Source: Anthoceros angustus
Taxonomy: Eukaryota > Plantae > Anthocerotophyta
Assembly: GCA_010909165.1 (NCBI GenBank)
Contig: VJWM01000044.1
Location: 1,488,001 to 1,552,000, forward strand
Direction: 5' to 3'
DNA length: 64,000 bases
Shown here: one piece after another, positions 46,917 through 60,163 of the stretch
How positions within the stretch are numbered: position 1 is the first letter of the stretch
Layout of the letters: each line of letters starts with the position of its first letter
Program-made: the position numbers and the translations under genes
The notes under the pieces: model-generated
The model's database searches: none
The model's input: the letters and a program-made list of their open reading frames with translations, nothing else
What the model was told of the DNA's origin: nothing

Positions 46917-49900
46917 CAGGGTGTCATTTTGACCCCGTCCCAAGCTCGGTCCCGGTCCCGGTGTAAACGATCTAGTCTAAACCCACAAAATGTGCCAAGT
47001 GAATTTTTTTTTTTTTTCTTTGAGTGGTGTGAAAATAAGTCGATTGATAGTTGGGGATATTCATAGTAGAAATGTCCTTGGCCTGTGGAGATCTTTTTGT
47101 TTTATTGCCTAGGTTAGATAATAAATGGTCGGGAAACTCGGTGTTCCTTGGCCCATGGACCTCGGATATCCACTACAAGGTCTATATATGCGGGGTAGGG
47201 GTGGTTATTTGGGGTTTGTCGGTCCTAAGTTAGGGTCGACTGCCAGAGAATGAGTATGGGGTTGTGGGTGGGGCATGGCGGCGGTCGTGAAGACAACCGG
47301 TGGTAGTGAGGCCAAACTTAACCTAAGGAAACCGGTAGGGTGACGGGCGCGTTCAAGCGGGCCTGCAGTGGGCGGCAGTGAGTGGGCGCAGCGGGCTGGG
47401 CGTGAGTCGTCGAGGCGCATTCGAGGCGGACCGCGATCGGTCGGAGGCGAGGCGCGATCGTGGTGGAGGGCCGCCTCGAACCCTCACCGGTGAAGTCGCA
47501 ACCCTGTGGAAGGAAGGCGGAGGCGACCTTGGAGGAGGTCCGGATCACAGAACCCGCGGCTTTTCTAAGATCAAGAGTGTAGCGTGAGAGGAGAGAGGAA
47601 AGGACCGATGCGTGAAGGATGGCGCCCAAAGCCACGGTGAGATCGCTTGCCCAATGGCCAAACATGGACCATTGGAAAGTCCGAGGGGCACAGTGAAGGA
47701 GCTCGGTGGGGTTCATGGAAGCGGTGGAATTACAATTCGACTGTGCAGGAGTGCGCCGCCACCTAAAGACAAGCAACAGGCGAGGGAATTAGAGCAAAAC
47801 CTCGAGATTGGGACTGGCATTGGTTAGGGAAGTGTATGGGCGCAGGCTGGGCGTGAGTCGTCGAGGCGCGGTCGAGGAAGAGGCGGACCGCGATCGGTCG
47901 GAGGCGAGGCGCGATCGTGGTGGAGGCGCCTCGAACCCTCACCGGTGAAGTCGCAACCCCATGGAAGGAAGGCGGGCGGCCTCGGTGGAGAAGGTAGGAA
48001 CCACAGGCGACCTTGGAGGAGGAGGCGGTGGCACCGTCGAGGCGCGGGGGAACTCTGCGGAAGGATGGCGCCCAAAGCCACAGTGAGATCGCTTGCCCAA
48101 TGGCCAAACATGGACCATTGGAAAGTCGGCAGGGGCACAGTGAAGGAGCTCGGTGGGGTTCATGGAAGCGGTGGAATTCAATTCGGGGTAGTGCGAGTCG
48201 CTCGCCACCTAAAGACAAGCAACAGGCGAGGGAATTAGAGCAAAACCTCGAGATTGGGACTGGCATTGGTTAGGGAAGTGTATGGGCAAGGAGGAGGCGG
48301 AGGTTTGGTGATGGAACCTTCTCGGAAAAGGAGCACAAGAAGGCAGCCGCCCGTGAAGGCGGGCGTAATCCGGGAACCCAATGGTTGGGCGCGAGAATTG
48401 GCAGCCAGTTAATGGAGTGCAGCGGATGGCTTCTCTGCTTCCTCTGACACTGAAGCGGGATTATTTGTCGACCACTTCTGTTGTTCCTCCATGAAGTTGT
48501 CAAGGCGAAAATCGATCGGGACGAATCCTCTTTGAGAAGTTGAGTGAAGAAAGGTTGAATCGATTTCTCCTACCCTCGGCCCTCTCTAATTTCACCATTC
48601 CTAGTTCATCTTTATCGCATGCTAATTGCCCCAGAGGTAGAATTGTGGCCTCCTTCATATGTGGAAGCCGTCGAGAGGTGAAGTGGAAGCGGAGGAGCCT
48701 AAGGAGGAAATTGAGGAGGAATCGGACATGGGAGTCCATGGCGGCAGTTCGAGGAAGAGAAATTTCTACCGGCAAGAAGAGGAAGACAAGCGGGCCTTAG
48801 AGGAGATAAGGATCAAGCTTGAGGAGGAAGCCAAGGGATCGGCGTGGCGGGACTACGGCCGGGGTAGTGGAAGCGGAGGAGCCTAAGGAGGAAATTGAGG
48901 AGGAAGCCAAGGGATCGGCAGGCGGCGGCGATGGAGGAAGAGGCGCGGTCAGGAAGAAAATTTTGCCGACTGGATGCGAGATGATGAGCCGGCCAGGAGG
49001 TCCTATTATGCGGAGGCGACCTTGGAGGAAGAGGCGGACCCCTCCTCGGCATGGGAAGAGATTTTCAAGGGACTCCAGCAGCAGGTGGGCGGCCAGGTGG
49101 TGGTGCGCACTTTGTTGGGAAGGAAGGTGCTCGACGGAGGATGGCGTCGGCAGGGGCCGCCGCAGGTGGAATTACTGTGAGCCGACGACATCGATGATCC
49201 GGGCCCAGTTTGTTGGACCAAGCGGCCTTGGCTCTCACATGGCTCGGTGTGCAAGGCGGGAGGAAGTGGTGAAGGCCAGGTTTGATGAAGGAGAAGCCCA
49301 GCGCAAGCAACTGGAGGAAGACAAGCGGGCCTTAGAGGAGATAAGGATCAAGCTTCAGGAGGATTTGTGCAGGGCCGGAGGAAGAGAGATCAAATCATGC
49401 AGCGATGCGAGGTGGCGGAGGAAGAGGCGAGGCGCTCATGGCTCAAATCAAGGATGCCCACGAGTCAAACCAGGAGATGCAGGGAGAGCTATTGCGAGCC
49501 CAGGAGCAGGAGGCGGCCTCGGTGGAGAAGGTCCATAAGTGGCGGAGCAGTATAAGCAGGAGCAGGATGAGGCACGTGGCCGAACCGTAAAAGAGAAGGG
49601 AAGCGAGGTGGCGGGACTACGGCCGGGGTAGTGGAAGGCACTCTGGAGGGAAGGACAGCAGCCAAGGTGGTGAAACACCTACCACGGCCGGACCAACGAC
49701 GGTCGTGGAGACCACTACAGTGGTAGTGGAAGCAATGGACGGGCGACAGACGCGACGCGACCCGCGAGGACATGGACGAGCAACGGTGTAGTCTACGGGA
49801 GGAGGGTAAGCACCGCCATGCCAGGAGGTCCTATTATGTTCGCACATGGATGAGGAAACTTACGTGCACAGTCTATATGTGAATGGGGAACGCGGCTTAA

Positions 49901-51771
49901 CTTCACCGCCCATGTGCGTGTGGAAATAGGAGGATCGGGTCCTACCTCGCAAGTGAGGACCCGAAGTGCATACTTCTACCATTGCGCCAGAGTGTGGGGA
50001 TTGGCCCCCTATTATGCGGAGGCGACCTTGGAGGAGTTGAGTGAAGAGGAGGTCCAGGCTTGGGTGGATGAGGAACCGGTGGTAATCCTCGGCAATAGGC
50101 GGCCAAGAGGCGGAAGTTCAAGGTGGTATGCCCTCAATTAGGACGCCCAGCAGTGATGAGGTGGAAGTCCTGGGAAAACCCGCTGACCGGGGCAAGGTGA
50201 GGGCTCGTGGCGGCGGCGATGGAGGACGAAGGGCCAGGCGGACGAGTCGGGGGAGGGCGCGCGGATAGCGTAGGCAATAAGTGGTAGCATCCTAGGAAGG
50301 AAAATGCCCCACTGGACCTGAGATCGCTTAGAATTGTGGGTGCGTCCCTTGGTTTTTTTTAGGATCTAGAAATCTGGGGGGAAAACGGGGCGGCCGGCCG
50401 ATGTATAAGAGGGGCAACTTTTGCCCACCACAACAGATAACTCCCGGTTGAGATCCCCACGCTGCCTGTGGATGGTTGGAGCGTCCAGGTTAGCGGAGGT
50501 GGTGTGTGCGAGGCAGCTCACAGGAGTGGTCGAGCTTGCTCCATAGCGGGAGGGAAGGAGGTGATGGAGCAATTTCGACAACGGAGGAGGAAGCCAAGGG
50601 ATCGGCAGGCGGAGTGCAGCTTGCTCGTGCCTTTCTTCGGCCAGTTCTTCCCTCCTTCACCTTTAAACACGAAAGTTGTGTTCAAATCGGGGAGTTGTGT
50701 GAGTGCATGGTTGGTAGCACTGTGGGCGAATTGAGGGAGGGAGAGAGAGAGAGAGATCGGGTGAAGAGAGATCAAATCATGCAGCGATGCGAGGTGTGAG
50801 ATCGTAAGTGGGATGAGTAAGGTGAGCGGGTGGAGGCGTTAGCGATGGAGAGCGGTGTGAATTGAGGAACTCAAACCGGTCTTTGGCGTGGAAAGTGCAC
50901 AAGGAAAACAAAGTCTCTAGTAGAAACCGTGTGGGGTGGCGCCCTTACGTGTGTGTGTGTGTAAGGAGTAAGCGTGGTATCCTAGGACCTTTGGTCTCTA
51001 GGAATTGGTGGGTGCATGAAGTGTGGAGTGCCAAATAAAGTCCGATCTGTGAGCACCGGTAGCCTGCGTTAGTCCGCGGGCGTGCGCGCCAGATGAGTTG
51101 CTAGGGTTTGGTGTGGGACCCACCTCGGTAGTCGTAGCAACTACCGGTTGTGGAATGAGATTTGCGGTCGTGAAATGGGATTTGCGGTCGTTGGACAAGT
51201 CGGAAGGTAGTAGTAGTTGAGTAGATAGGTAAGAGGAGTGATAGCAGGTGAGCCCTGACTTAGGCAAAGGTCAGTAGTGATAGAAGTTAGCGTCTCTTGG
51301 CACAAACCATTCCCTTGGGAGCGAATCCTAGGCCTACAACGACATTGAGGGTGAATGTGGACCTCACGGTGTCCCTAGACACAAGGTTACACTCCACACC
51401 CGGCATGTGTTAAAAAAAACATGGGACCGGAGGTTCTTCAGGAGTCCGGTCCCCACCCTTGGTCCCCTATTACCCTCGGGGACCGAAGGTTCATAAAAGG
51501 TCCGGTTTAAAATTAGTAAATTACTTAATTTTATATCCAAGGATTTATATTTATTATGGACACATGGACCCATCTTATCATGGACGGTTTATGCGGTCAT
51601 AGGGGTGAGCTGCAGTTTGCGAACTCCGATCAGTCTTTTATATTATTATTTATAAATTATTTATTTAATATTTATTATATTTAGTGACCAAGGGTAGCAC
51701 CTGATACACTCGGTCCGGACCGAGCTAAGCGGTCCGGGGGTGAGCTAGTACTTGGTCAAAATGACACCGTG
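46917..51771. mobile_element. Non-autonomous hAT-superfamily element (MITE of ~530 bp once its insert is removed)
   Basis: 18-bp TIRs CAGGGTGTCATTTTGACC (46917-46934) and GGTCAAAATGACACCGTG (51754-51771) with 1 mismatch. Perfect 8-bp TSD CTCATGAC at 46909-46916 and 51772-51779. Confidence 0.9.
47025..51344 (+). mobile_element. 4.3-kb solo-LTR-like insert (gypsy-related) inside the hAT MITE
   Basis: TG..CA ends with 5-bp TSD TTGAG (47020-47024, 51345-51349). The 3' end CATTCCCTTGGGAGCG..CCTACAACGACA and segment 47531-47620 match the gypsy LTR at 27912-29066. Internal ~450-bp duplication (47383-48287). No RT or integrase motifs. Confidence 0.75.
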
Positions 51772-53876
51772 CTCATGACCCCAAACATAGCATTGAAAAT
51801 TAAATGTAGAGTACCTATATTTGTTGAGTAAGGAATTAGCCATTCTTGTGGAACCATGCATGATAGTCTTCCATCACACGGCTCTCTAAGAACCTATTTC
51901 TTAGGTCAGTGAAAGATTTTCGCTAGGATGAGTTTAAGGCTAAACCTCATGCAAAGCTATGCATAGAGCAAATAGTTGTAGAGAAAGTGGGATAAGATCA
52001 GGATGAAAAATAAGAGGGAGGGATTACTTAAAGCAAGGCTTCCCTCCTACGAACAAGAGTAGCATTCCAACGTTGAGATGTAGTGCAATACATTGACATT
52101 GTCTCATGGCCTAGAGTCCTACATATAGATTGCCTTCAAATATTACCAATTGATACATTTATTGCAGTGAAATTGAATATTATGTACATATTATGTAACT
52201 ATATTACTATTAACAATCTGGAACCTTAAAAAATTAAAAAATATACAGAAGACAACCACAAATTTTGCGTTAAAATGGATCTCAACAATCACTGCAATTC
52301 TTCCCATGAATGCAACAAATACTGCCATGTAAGTATGAGCATAAAATGAGGCTAAATTGAAGTAGCTCTTCATAGCATAGCCGTTATAGCGAGCTCACTA
52401 GGTAGTACTTTCATCTATTTTAGCTTAACATTAACCATTCCTAAGAAGGACAAGATACGCACTAGTACTCATTCCCTTAGGGACCACTTCCTCACGTTGC
52501 AAAATCTTCTAAATGCCTCTCTCAAATGACCTGCCAACCATGTACATATAACACAACTATTGTTTGGTTTATGCAAAGGCAAAAGCAGCTAAGTTCAGGT
52601 GAAGCACCATATAGAATATGAAAATCATGGCAATTTGGAGCATGGATATTAGCTTTGAGACAATGGGCTCCACATTAGCTTCAATCAGCGGATTCAACAA
52701 ACCTTCGCCACAAAAACACCAATACTCTTTCAAACACAATAATGAATGAGCCTCAAGACAACAGCAATTGTGCAAACAAAATCCCCTCCCTAACTATGCC
52801 CTTAGTAAGAATCCGCTACATGAGCAGAGCTCTCTCTATTCTTACCCCTCCTCGGTGGGTACTTCCACCTCTAAGTCTCACTCCCTCGAAAATCAACTAG
52901 CCCCTATATAAGTAAGGACCCATCCATTTTTAATCTTTTCTTGTAGATGAGTAAGTGCCACATTCCACCCCTTTCCGTGGAAGGAAAAAACACCGTACAT
53001 GGATGAGCCCCCAACCCTAAATCCTTAAATCTTAAATTACGTTTAATATAAAAAACAAAATTAAATAATTTTTAATATTTTACATTATTTCATCTCAATT
53101 TTAATGAACATATGAATTGCCATAAATAGATTCCTTGCAATTATGATAGACAAGTTTCCTGGACCGCGAGTCCCCACTTGTCTCTAGGGACCGAGGACGG
53201 GAAGTTCGGAGGATGTCGGTTGCGTGTCCCGTTTTGAGTGTTTGGGAAGCCAATGGGGACGGGGAGCGGCTAAAAAAAGGCCTCATAATGAATGCGTGGC
53301 AAAAATCGGTGCGCCTCACAGACAGGCTTTGATGCAAGACGGATCATCGCCAGAGTCCAGTTTCGCGAGTCCCCATACCCGCACCGCTGGGAGTGTAGTG
53401 CACGCGGAAGTCGGATGCAATAAATTCGAAGGCGGTCCGGTCATGATCATCCGTCCCTTACCCTTGATCCAAGCGCCCGTTTCGAGGTTCATCATTAATA
53501 TCTACTTGCGCAAATCCACAGATGGAGAGGCCGTTCCATGCCTCCAGGAGTCCAGGGCATGGGTCAAGAGCAGGCGTGTAATGCTCGTGTGACGAACTGA
53601 CGCCACCGGAACTCAGTGTCTCAGGAGTGAAGCAAGGCTGTGCGCGGGCATTGTCTAATTCCTGTGGCTGTTGCAGGGAGGAGGGATTTGGACGGGCCAA
53701 CGGCGGACCTTTACAGTGTTGGGTTAGGGAGGTGATGCCACATGTTGCAAGGACTTCATGAAATGAATGGGCAATGGCAGCTGTGAGCTCCCGCCTGTAA
53801 CTGCTGCAGCTGCTTGATCCATCACACAGCTGTAAGCGCTTGCTCCCGAGGGCCCGAATCCTGGGTAAATTCTGGA

Positions 53877-56395
53877 ATGGGGAAGATGGCAAGCGCTTCT
53901 AAGGCGGAGAGGGCGACACCGATGCTTAAAGGCATCCTGCTGGGGCTCGCCATTGGCGTCTACTGCTGGTTCATGCGAGATGTTGCTCTCACCACGCTGC
54001 TTCAGATGCCGTCCAATCTGCTCATTTTCAATGCCACCGGAGCTTCGAGGGCAGGCCTAGGCGAGACAGGTGAGTCCTGCCTTCGCAGGCCGAGTCCGAA
54101 GCAGTTGGGGATTTCTGTGCGAGAGGCTGGATTGAATTCAGTTGTGCTTGCAGGTTCGAAAAATTCGTACTGGTTGTCGGATGACGTGCCCCCTTTGCCC
54201 TCGGAGGAGCAAGAGGTTCAGTGGATTCTTGCGCTGTGGGAGGCGTCGGCTTTGCTGAATTTCTCCAGGGCTCCGAATGACACCCTGGTCCAGGAGGCTG
54301 AGAAGAACCTGGGCCACCTGAACCTGAAGCCTCCTCATCTGGACGACTGCGCAGCCCGAACTGAGGAATACAAGAGGCTGGACTCTCGGAACCCCGATGG
54401 CAGCCGGCCCCAGTGGACCTTGTGGAAAGGCCGGACGGCGTCGATTCCTCACAAGAACCATGTCCAGGTGGACGATACAGAAGAAGTCCTAGGGGACACC
54501 GCGGGTCTGACATCGGGCCCGCTTCCTCCTTGGGTGAGTCTATCCATATTAGTTTCTGGGTGGACATCCAGAAGCCATCGTCCACTTGGAGTAGTTCCTG
54601 CGACTCCGACTCGGGTATGATGGGTCGTGCATCTGCCTCCTTGATTGCAGGTTGAAGGAGGCGAGGAGGATAATTTTCCAATGACCAGACGGGTGCAGCG
54701 AGACCTGTGGCTGCTCCAGCACCCTCGCAACTGCAGTCACGACAGCGTTCGATTTCTGCTCGCCGATTGGCCATCTTCCGCCACCCTCGGGTTGGGCGCG
54801 CAGGTGGTGTATGTGGGAGGGCTCCTCTCCATTGCCATGCAGCAAAAGAGAGTTTTGGTCCTGCAAAACATGGATCGCGCGGGACACGAAGGGTGCCGAG
54901 GTCTCACTCTCATGACCAGCCCTCCCTGAATTGCACAGTGCAGGCTTGATTGACAGTACTTGTCTTGAAAGCATATTGAGCTCCTGAATGGCGTCGTTGT
55001 TGCAGGCTCGGACTTCAGGAGGTGGTCCTGCTATTTTCTACCAGAGACGACAGCCGAGTGTCGGGAGACGGTTAACGAGTTGACGAAGAACAAAACGGGG
55101 GCACTGGCTGACGGGAAAATACTGATGGGCCCAGATGCAAAGCCCAGTCCGTGGTTTGTGCCGCCGCCTAGGTATCTTCACAATTCACACGCTTTCCAGT
55201 ATGGCAAAACTTGGACAGTTTCAAGGCTACACGTTGCTCAAGCTGAGCTGAGCTGAGCTGAGCTGTTTGTTTGTCCCTGGAAGCGGAAAATGTGATTGCT
55301 TGGAAACCTGATCCGCAGCTCCTGACTGTGCACTCACAATTATCTTATCTGGATTTAGCTTGTGGGGCGAACCTTGGGAGGATCTGCAACCCACGTCGGA
55401 GGTTGGAGGAGAGCTGGTGGTTAATTACAAGAAGAAGTTTATAAGGTGGTGGCGATCGCAGGTTTGTTTAGCAAGTTCCCTTCAGAGATTGTAAGTCTTT
55501 TATCATTTTGTGAACATCCCAGATATGTGCAGCACATGGAAATCCTCATACCAGGCAGTCACGGAATTGTTTTCGGAAAGTGCAGTCTGTGCGATACTTC
55601 ATGAGGTTTCCCAGCGAGTACACATGTATGATGCTCAACCAAGCTCGGCACGATGCATTCGGAGTCAGAGCGGCCACCACAGTGCTTCGCGCTGCCCATC
55701 AGACCAAGCCGTCGGTGAGTTGTGATGACATTCAGCAAAAAGCCCTCCTGAATCGATATCCCGAGAGAAATTGTTGGACACTCTTTGTGACAGCAGATCA
55801 GGAACCAAACCACAGGCGGCGAAGCAGACATGGAAAAATGGGTGTGGCAAAGCCAAAAGCCTTGGATACCAAGGCCAATGCTGAGCGTCCATGTGCGGCT
55901 CGGAGACAAAGCAAAGGAGATGACCATGGTGGACTTCTACACATACATGGACCTGGCCACCAGGCTGAGAACCCGATTTCCTCAAGTGCAAAACATCTGG
56001 CTATCCTCAGAAATGCAGGTACTATTCACATTTCATTGTCGATCATCCATGGGCATCCCAAGCGTGAAATAGAGGCAGGCAAGTCACTCTGTTTCCACCT
56101 TGTTGCGCAGGATGTGATCGACTCATCCAAGCTGTACCAAGGGTGGAACTTCTACTACACCAACATCCCTCGCCAGACAGGCAACACGAGCATGAGCAGC
56201 TACGAGCGGAGCCTGGGAGGCGAGCGCTCCGCCAGAAACAGCATCGTCAACTTCCTCATGGCCTCCGACGCCGACTACTTCGTGGGCGCCCTGGGCTCCA
56301 CCTGGTGTTTCCTCATCGACGGCATGCGCAGCACATCCGGCAAGCTCATGTCCGGCTACCTCAGTGTGAACAAGGACCGTTACTGGAGACGCTAG
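53877..56395 (+). CDS. GT23/FUT8-like (alpha-1,6-fucosyltransferase-like) type II membrane protein, copy A; exons 53877-54069, 54154-54533, 54651-54900, 55006-55171, 55359-55461, 55586-55714, 55797-56018, 56111-56395; ~575 aa
   Basis: TM helix ILLGLAIGVYCWF; VQRDLWLLQHPRNC, GLGAQ, motif I SVHVRLGDK, motif II IWLSSE, motif III NFLMASDADYFVGALGSTW; GT-AG introns sum in frame. Confidence 0.9.
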
Positions 56396-57046
56396 ACTGG
56401 TCCCGTACGGCTCTCCCGTTTCATACGGAGAGCCGTACGTCCCTTCCTGCCGTGTGACGAGGCCAAGATGAAGGTCATAAATGTACTTTGCAACATTATC
56501 TTCCCTCTGCAGAACTTCACCCAAACGTTAGGCAACTTGCCAGCGCGAAAAACGTCAGTTACAGTACTGTGCAAAGCATGGAGCTCGGCGATGGCGGGGA
56601 AAGCACGAGCCCAGAGGGCCGTCGATGGGGTCAGGATCCGGATCATCCGCAAATGGCTCTGCCGCACGTAGAGCGTCGTGGCCAACTGTGGCCACACGAC
56701 AGTGCTCACGACGGTGGCGACGGTGCCCGGGTCCCTGGCCCCGGCACACAGCACACGCCTGCGGCCTCCGGGCTCCTGGTCTCGGGACTCGAGTCCGCCC
56801 CGGGCCGGGCTGAAGACAGTCGACCCCGCTCACATCTTGGTCGGGCCTTGAGCCCGGGATAGAAGCTGATATATCACATGCACGCTGGAGCCGGGTTTCC
56901 CCCCTGGGCGCCGCCCGAATAAGGAGTCTGTGATGGGAATGTGGGGGCAGTGGTGATCCATTCTCAGACTGTGGTGCCCAGCTGCGGGGCGGAAGGGGAA
57001 AGGTGGGATCTTGCGCGCAAGCAGATGTCGAGCAGCAGCGGCTGCT

Positions 57047-59390
57047 ATGGCTCCGGAGAACGGCTTAGGCCAGCGCCTCTTCCCGCTCTGCAGTCTGCTG
57101 GTGCTGGGTGTCGTCATCGCGGCGCTCCACTACGCCACGGCTCCGCGATGGCCGGCCGATAAGTTCGGGGAAATCTACGGGGTTGCGGATAATGTGACGG
57201 GGTCCCGGGACGGTGAGATTCGGATTCCAATGGAGATGGAGGGGATTGGGTGGTCTGGCGTGCCTTCTGAATCTTTTTTTGTTTGCAGGGGCAGGCGGGG
57301 ATGGGCACTGGATTTCGGGGGATGGGCCCCCGTTGCCGCTTCCTGGAGAGGAGGAGCGGGTGAGGAGGATTCTTGCGCTGTGGGAGGCGTCGCCGCTGCT
57401 GGGCGGGGAACGGGATCCCAATGACCCCGTCGTGAGGGAGGCGAAGGAGGAGTTCGGGAGCCTGAGCCTGAAGCTGAGGCTGGGAGCTCCGCACTTGGAG
57501 GATTGCGAGGCCCGGGTTGCGGAGTACGTGAGGCAGGATTCCCGGGGGGAGGATGGGAGCCGCCCGGTTTGGTCTTTGTGGAAGGGGCGGACTGGGAGTA
57601 TTGCGCACCACAGGCATGTGGAGGTGGACGATTCCGAGGAGTTTTTGGGGAACACATCCGGATTGGCTTCTGGCCCGTTTCCTCCTTGGGTGAGTCCAGG
57701 GATCGCTGCTGCGGATTGATCCGGGTCTCTGCAAATGGGCTGCTTTTGCTGATTGGTTGGATTGCAGGTTGAAGGGGGGGATGAGGACAATCTGCCCATG
57801 ACAAGGAGGGTGCAGCGGGACTTGTGGCTGCTTCAGCACCCGAGGAACTGCAGCGACGACAGCGTCCGCTTTCTGGTGGCTCAGTTTCCGCCTTCGGACA
57901 GGCTGGGGCTGGGAGCGCAGGTGGTAAATGTGGGTGGCCTGCTGGCGATTGCTATGTACGAGAAGCGTGTCCTGGTGCTGGAGGACCTGGATCGGGCTGC
58001 ACACGAAGGCTGCGCAGGTTGGTTGAATAATTCCGCTCCGAATGAAGGTCTCTCTCTCTTTGCAGCACCTGCTGGCCATGGGCTTCACTTGCATTCCTCT
58101 GGCAGGCGAGGATTCCTTTGGGAGATGGTCTTGCTACTTCTTGCCAGAGACCACGGATGAGTGTCGGCGAATTGCTAAGGGGTTGCAGAAAAGCCGAGCG
58201 GCTCGTGCTGAAGGAAAGGTGCTGCGTGCCAGGGATGCCGAGAGGGTCTACAACCCATGGTTTCCTCCAATGCCAGGGTACTTGCCGAGCCCAGCTTTGC
58301 AACCGCTGCTTTCTATCTTCGGGGCCTCATGATTTGTGGGCCTGGTTTTTGGACCAGGTTGTGGGGAGAGCCTTGGGAGGACTTGCAACCCACCACAGAG
58401 ATCGATGGCCGCCTTCTGGTGGACTACAAGAACAAGGACGTCCGGTGGTGGCGATCGCAGGTGCACAGCCCTGGGCCAGCTGTCTCTTACCATCTTCACA
58501 CACTCGCGCTCATGGGTGCACTTGTTTCATGCTGTTCTGCAGTCTGTACGCTATTTCATGAGGTTTCCAAACACACGCACATGTATGATGCTCAACAAAG
58601 CTCGGCACGAGGCCTTCGGAGTCAGGGCTGCTACCAGGGTGCTCCGATCTCTCACTGCCGCTCAGGTCTGTAGTCTGACTGTCACGAGGTTTGGTTTGGA
58701 AGTTTACTTGTCAGCACAGCTTGGTGCCTCATCCTAACGAGAAATTACGTGGAGCTAATGCCTGCAGGCGAAGAATCTCTCAATAACGGAAGAAGCAGAC
58801 ATGGACAAGTGGATATGGAGAGATCAAAAGCCTTGGGTACCCAGGCCGCTGCTCAGCGTTCATGTCAGACTGGGAGACAAGGCCAAGGAAATGAAGATGG
58901 TCAACTTTGACAGCTACATGAAACTTGCCAACAGATGGAGACTACGGTTCCCACACCTCCAAGACATCTGGCTTTCCTCAGAGATGCAGGTACTGTGAAC
59001 AAACAAACCCCTGACCATGCAAATCCAAACCCCAGCAGCAGTGTCATGTGAAGTCGGATGATGGGTCAATTGCCACACCTGCCTGAATTGGTTGCCTCTC
59101 ACATACAGGATGTGATCGACTCCTCCAAGCTGTATCCTGGGTGGAACTTCCACTACACCAAAATCCCTCGACAGACGGGGAACACATCCATGAGCAGCTA
59201 CGAGCGGAGCCTGGGAGCGGACAGATCCATGACTAACTCTATTGTCAACTTCCTTATGGCCTCCGATGCCGATTACTTTGTGGGAGCTCTGGGCTCCACT
59301 TGGTGTTTTCTCATAGACGGCATGCGGAGCACATCAGGAAAGCTCATGTCCGGCTACCTCAGCGTGAACATGGACAGGTACTGGGTGTGA
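57047..59390 (+). CDS. GT23/FUT8-like protein, copy B; exons 57047-57212, 57289-57689, 57768-58017, 58106-58277, 58358-58460, 58543-58665, 58768-58989, 59109-59390; ~572 aa
   Basis: Same motifs and intron positions as copy A; TM helix LCSLLVLGVVIAAL; open spliced frame. Confidence 0.9.
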
Positions 59391-60163
59391 GAGCGCACAG
59401 TCACCGAATGGGCCCGTGACAGGCAACCAGCAGGATTCCAGGTATATACCCCTCATCCTCTCATCTTCCTCACCCTCTCTGTTTGTTGTGATTTGTCTTG
59501 TAGCACGCAAGAAGTGAGTTCCTCTCACAGCTGCACCAGCTGCAGGGTTTTGAGCTCTGGACTCTGTACTACTGTACCAGTGTACTCCCCCTTATAGCAC
59601 TGGACTGGGCTGGATTTCATGCGGCATGGCTGGAGCGGGTGCTGGGCTGGGCTGGGCAGGACAGGGCAGGGCAGGGCGGTGCCGTGGGCCCAACCCCGGC
59701 TCTCATCACATCGCAGAAGCGTGAACGACCTGCAAAGACGGCCGAATGATGGGCGCCCGCCGACAGTTGAGCCCGTTACGAGACTCTCTGTAAAAATGCA
59801 CAGGACAGAAGCGCGGCCGAGGTCCCGTACGCCAGCCAGGCCCAGCGCCTGCCTTTGAGCTCCAGCACGTGCGGCCATGACCGCACCTCCGGAGCCTCCG
59901 CTGATGAGAGAGCCGTAAGGAAGCACCTGTTGTGCTCGGCGTTGGCGTGATGATGAAATTTTGTTGCAAGGACATTAGCGTTGATTGTGCTGCATTGCCG
60001 ACCACAGCCTGATTAGACAGCTCTTCCTGCACCTGACCTGGCCCCTCCGAGTCCTCACCATCCCCCGCAAGCCGGCAAGGACGGCAGAAGAAGTCATGTG
60101 CGAAGGTTGCGGGTAGCAGCTGCGCACGCAGATGTCGGAGCAGCTGGCTCCGCTCCTGTCAGC

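Noticed and set aside
48659-49640. Glu/Lys/Arg-rich ORFs as a host gene
   Set aside because: They lie inside the TSD-bounded insert, are internally repeated and fragmented, and have no splice-consistent model.
53150-53285. GGGGACGGGGA-containing segment as a transposon end
   Set aside because: No partner TIR or TSD was found.
55241-55265. (AGCTG)5 in intron 4 of copy A
   Set aside because: Ordinary microsatellite.
54028-58302. Long antisense ORFs (e.g. 54028..54774, 57065..57799, 57114..58094)
   Set aside because: Shadows of the GC-rich sense exons of the GT23-like genes.
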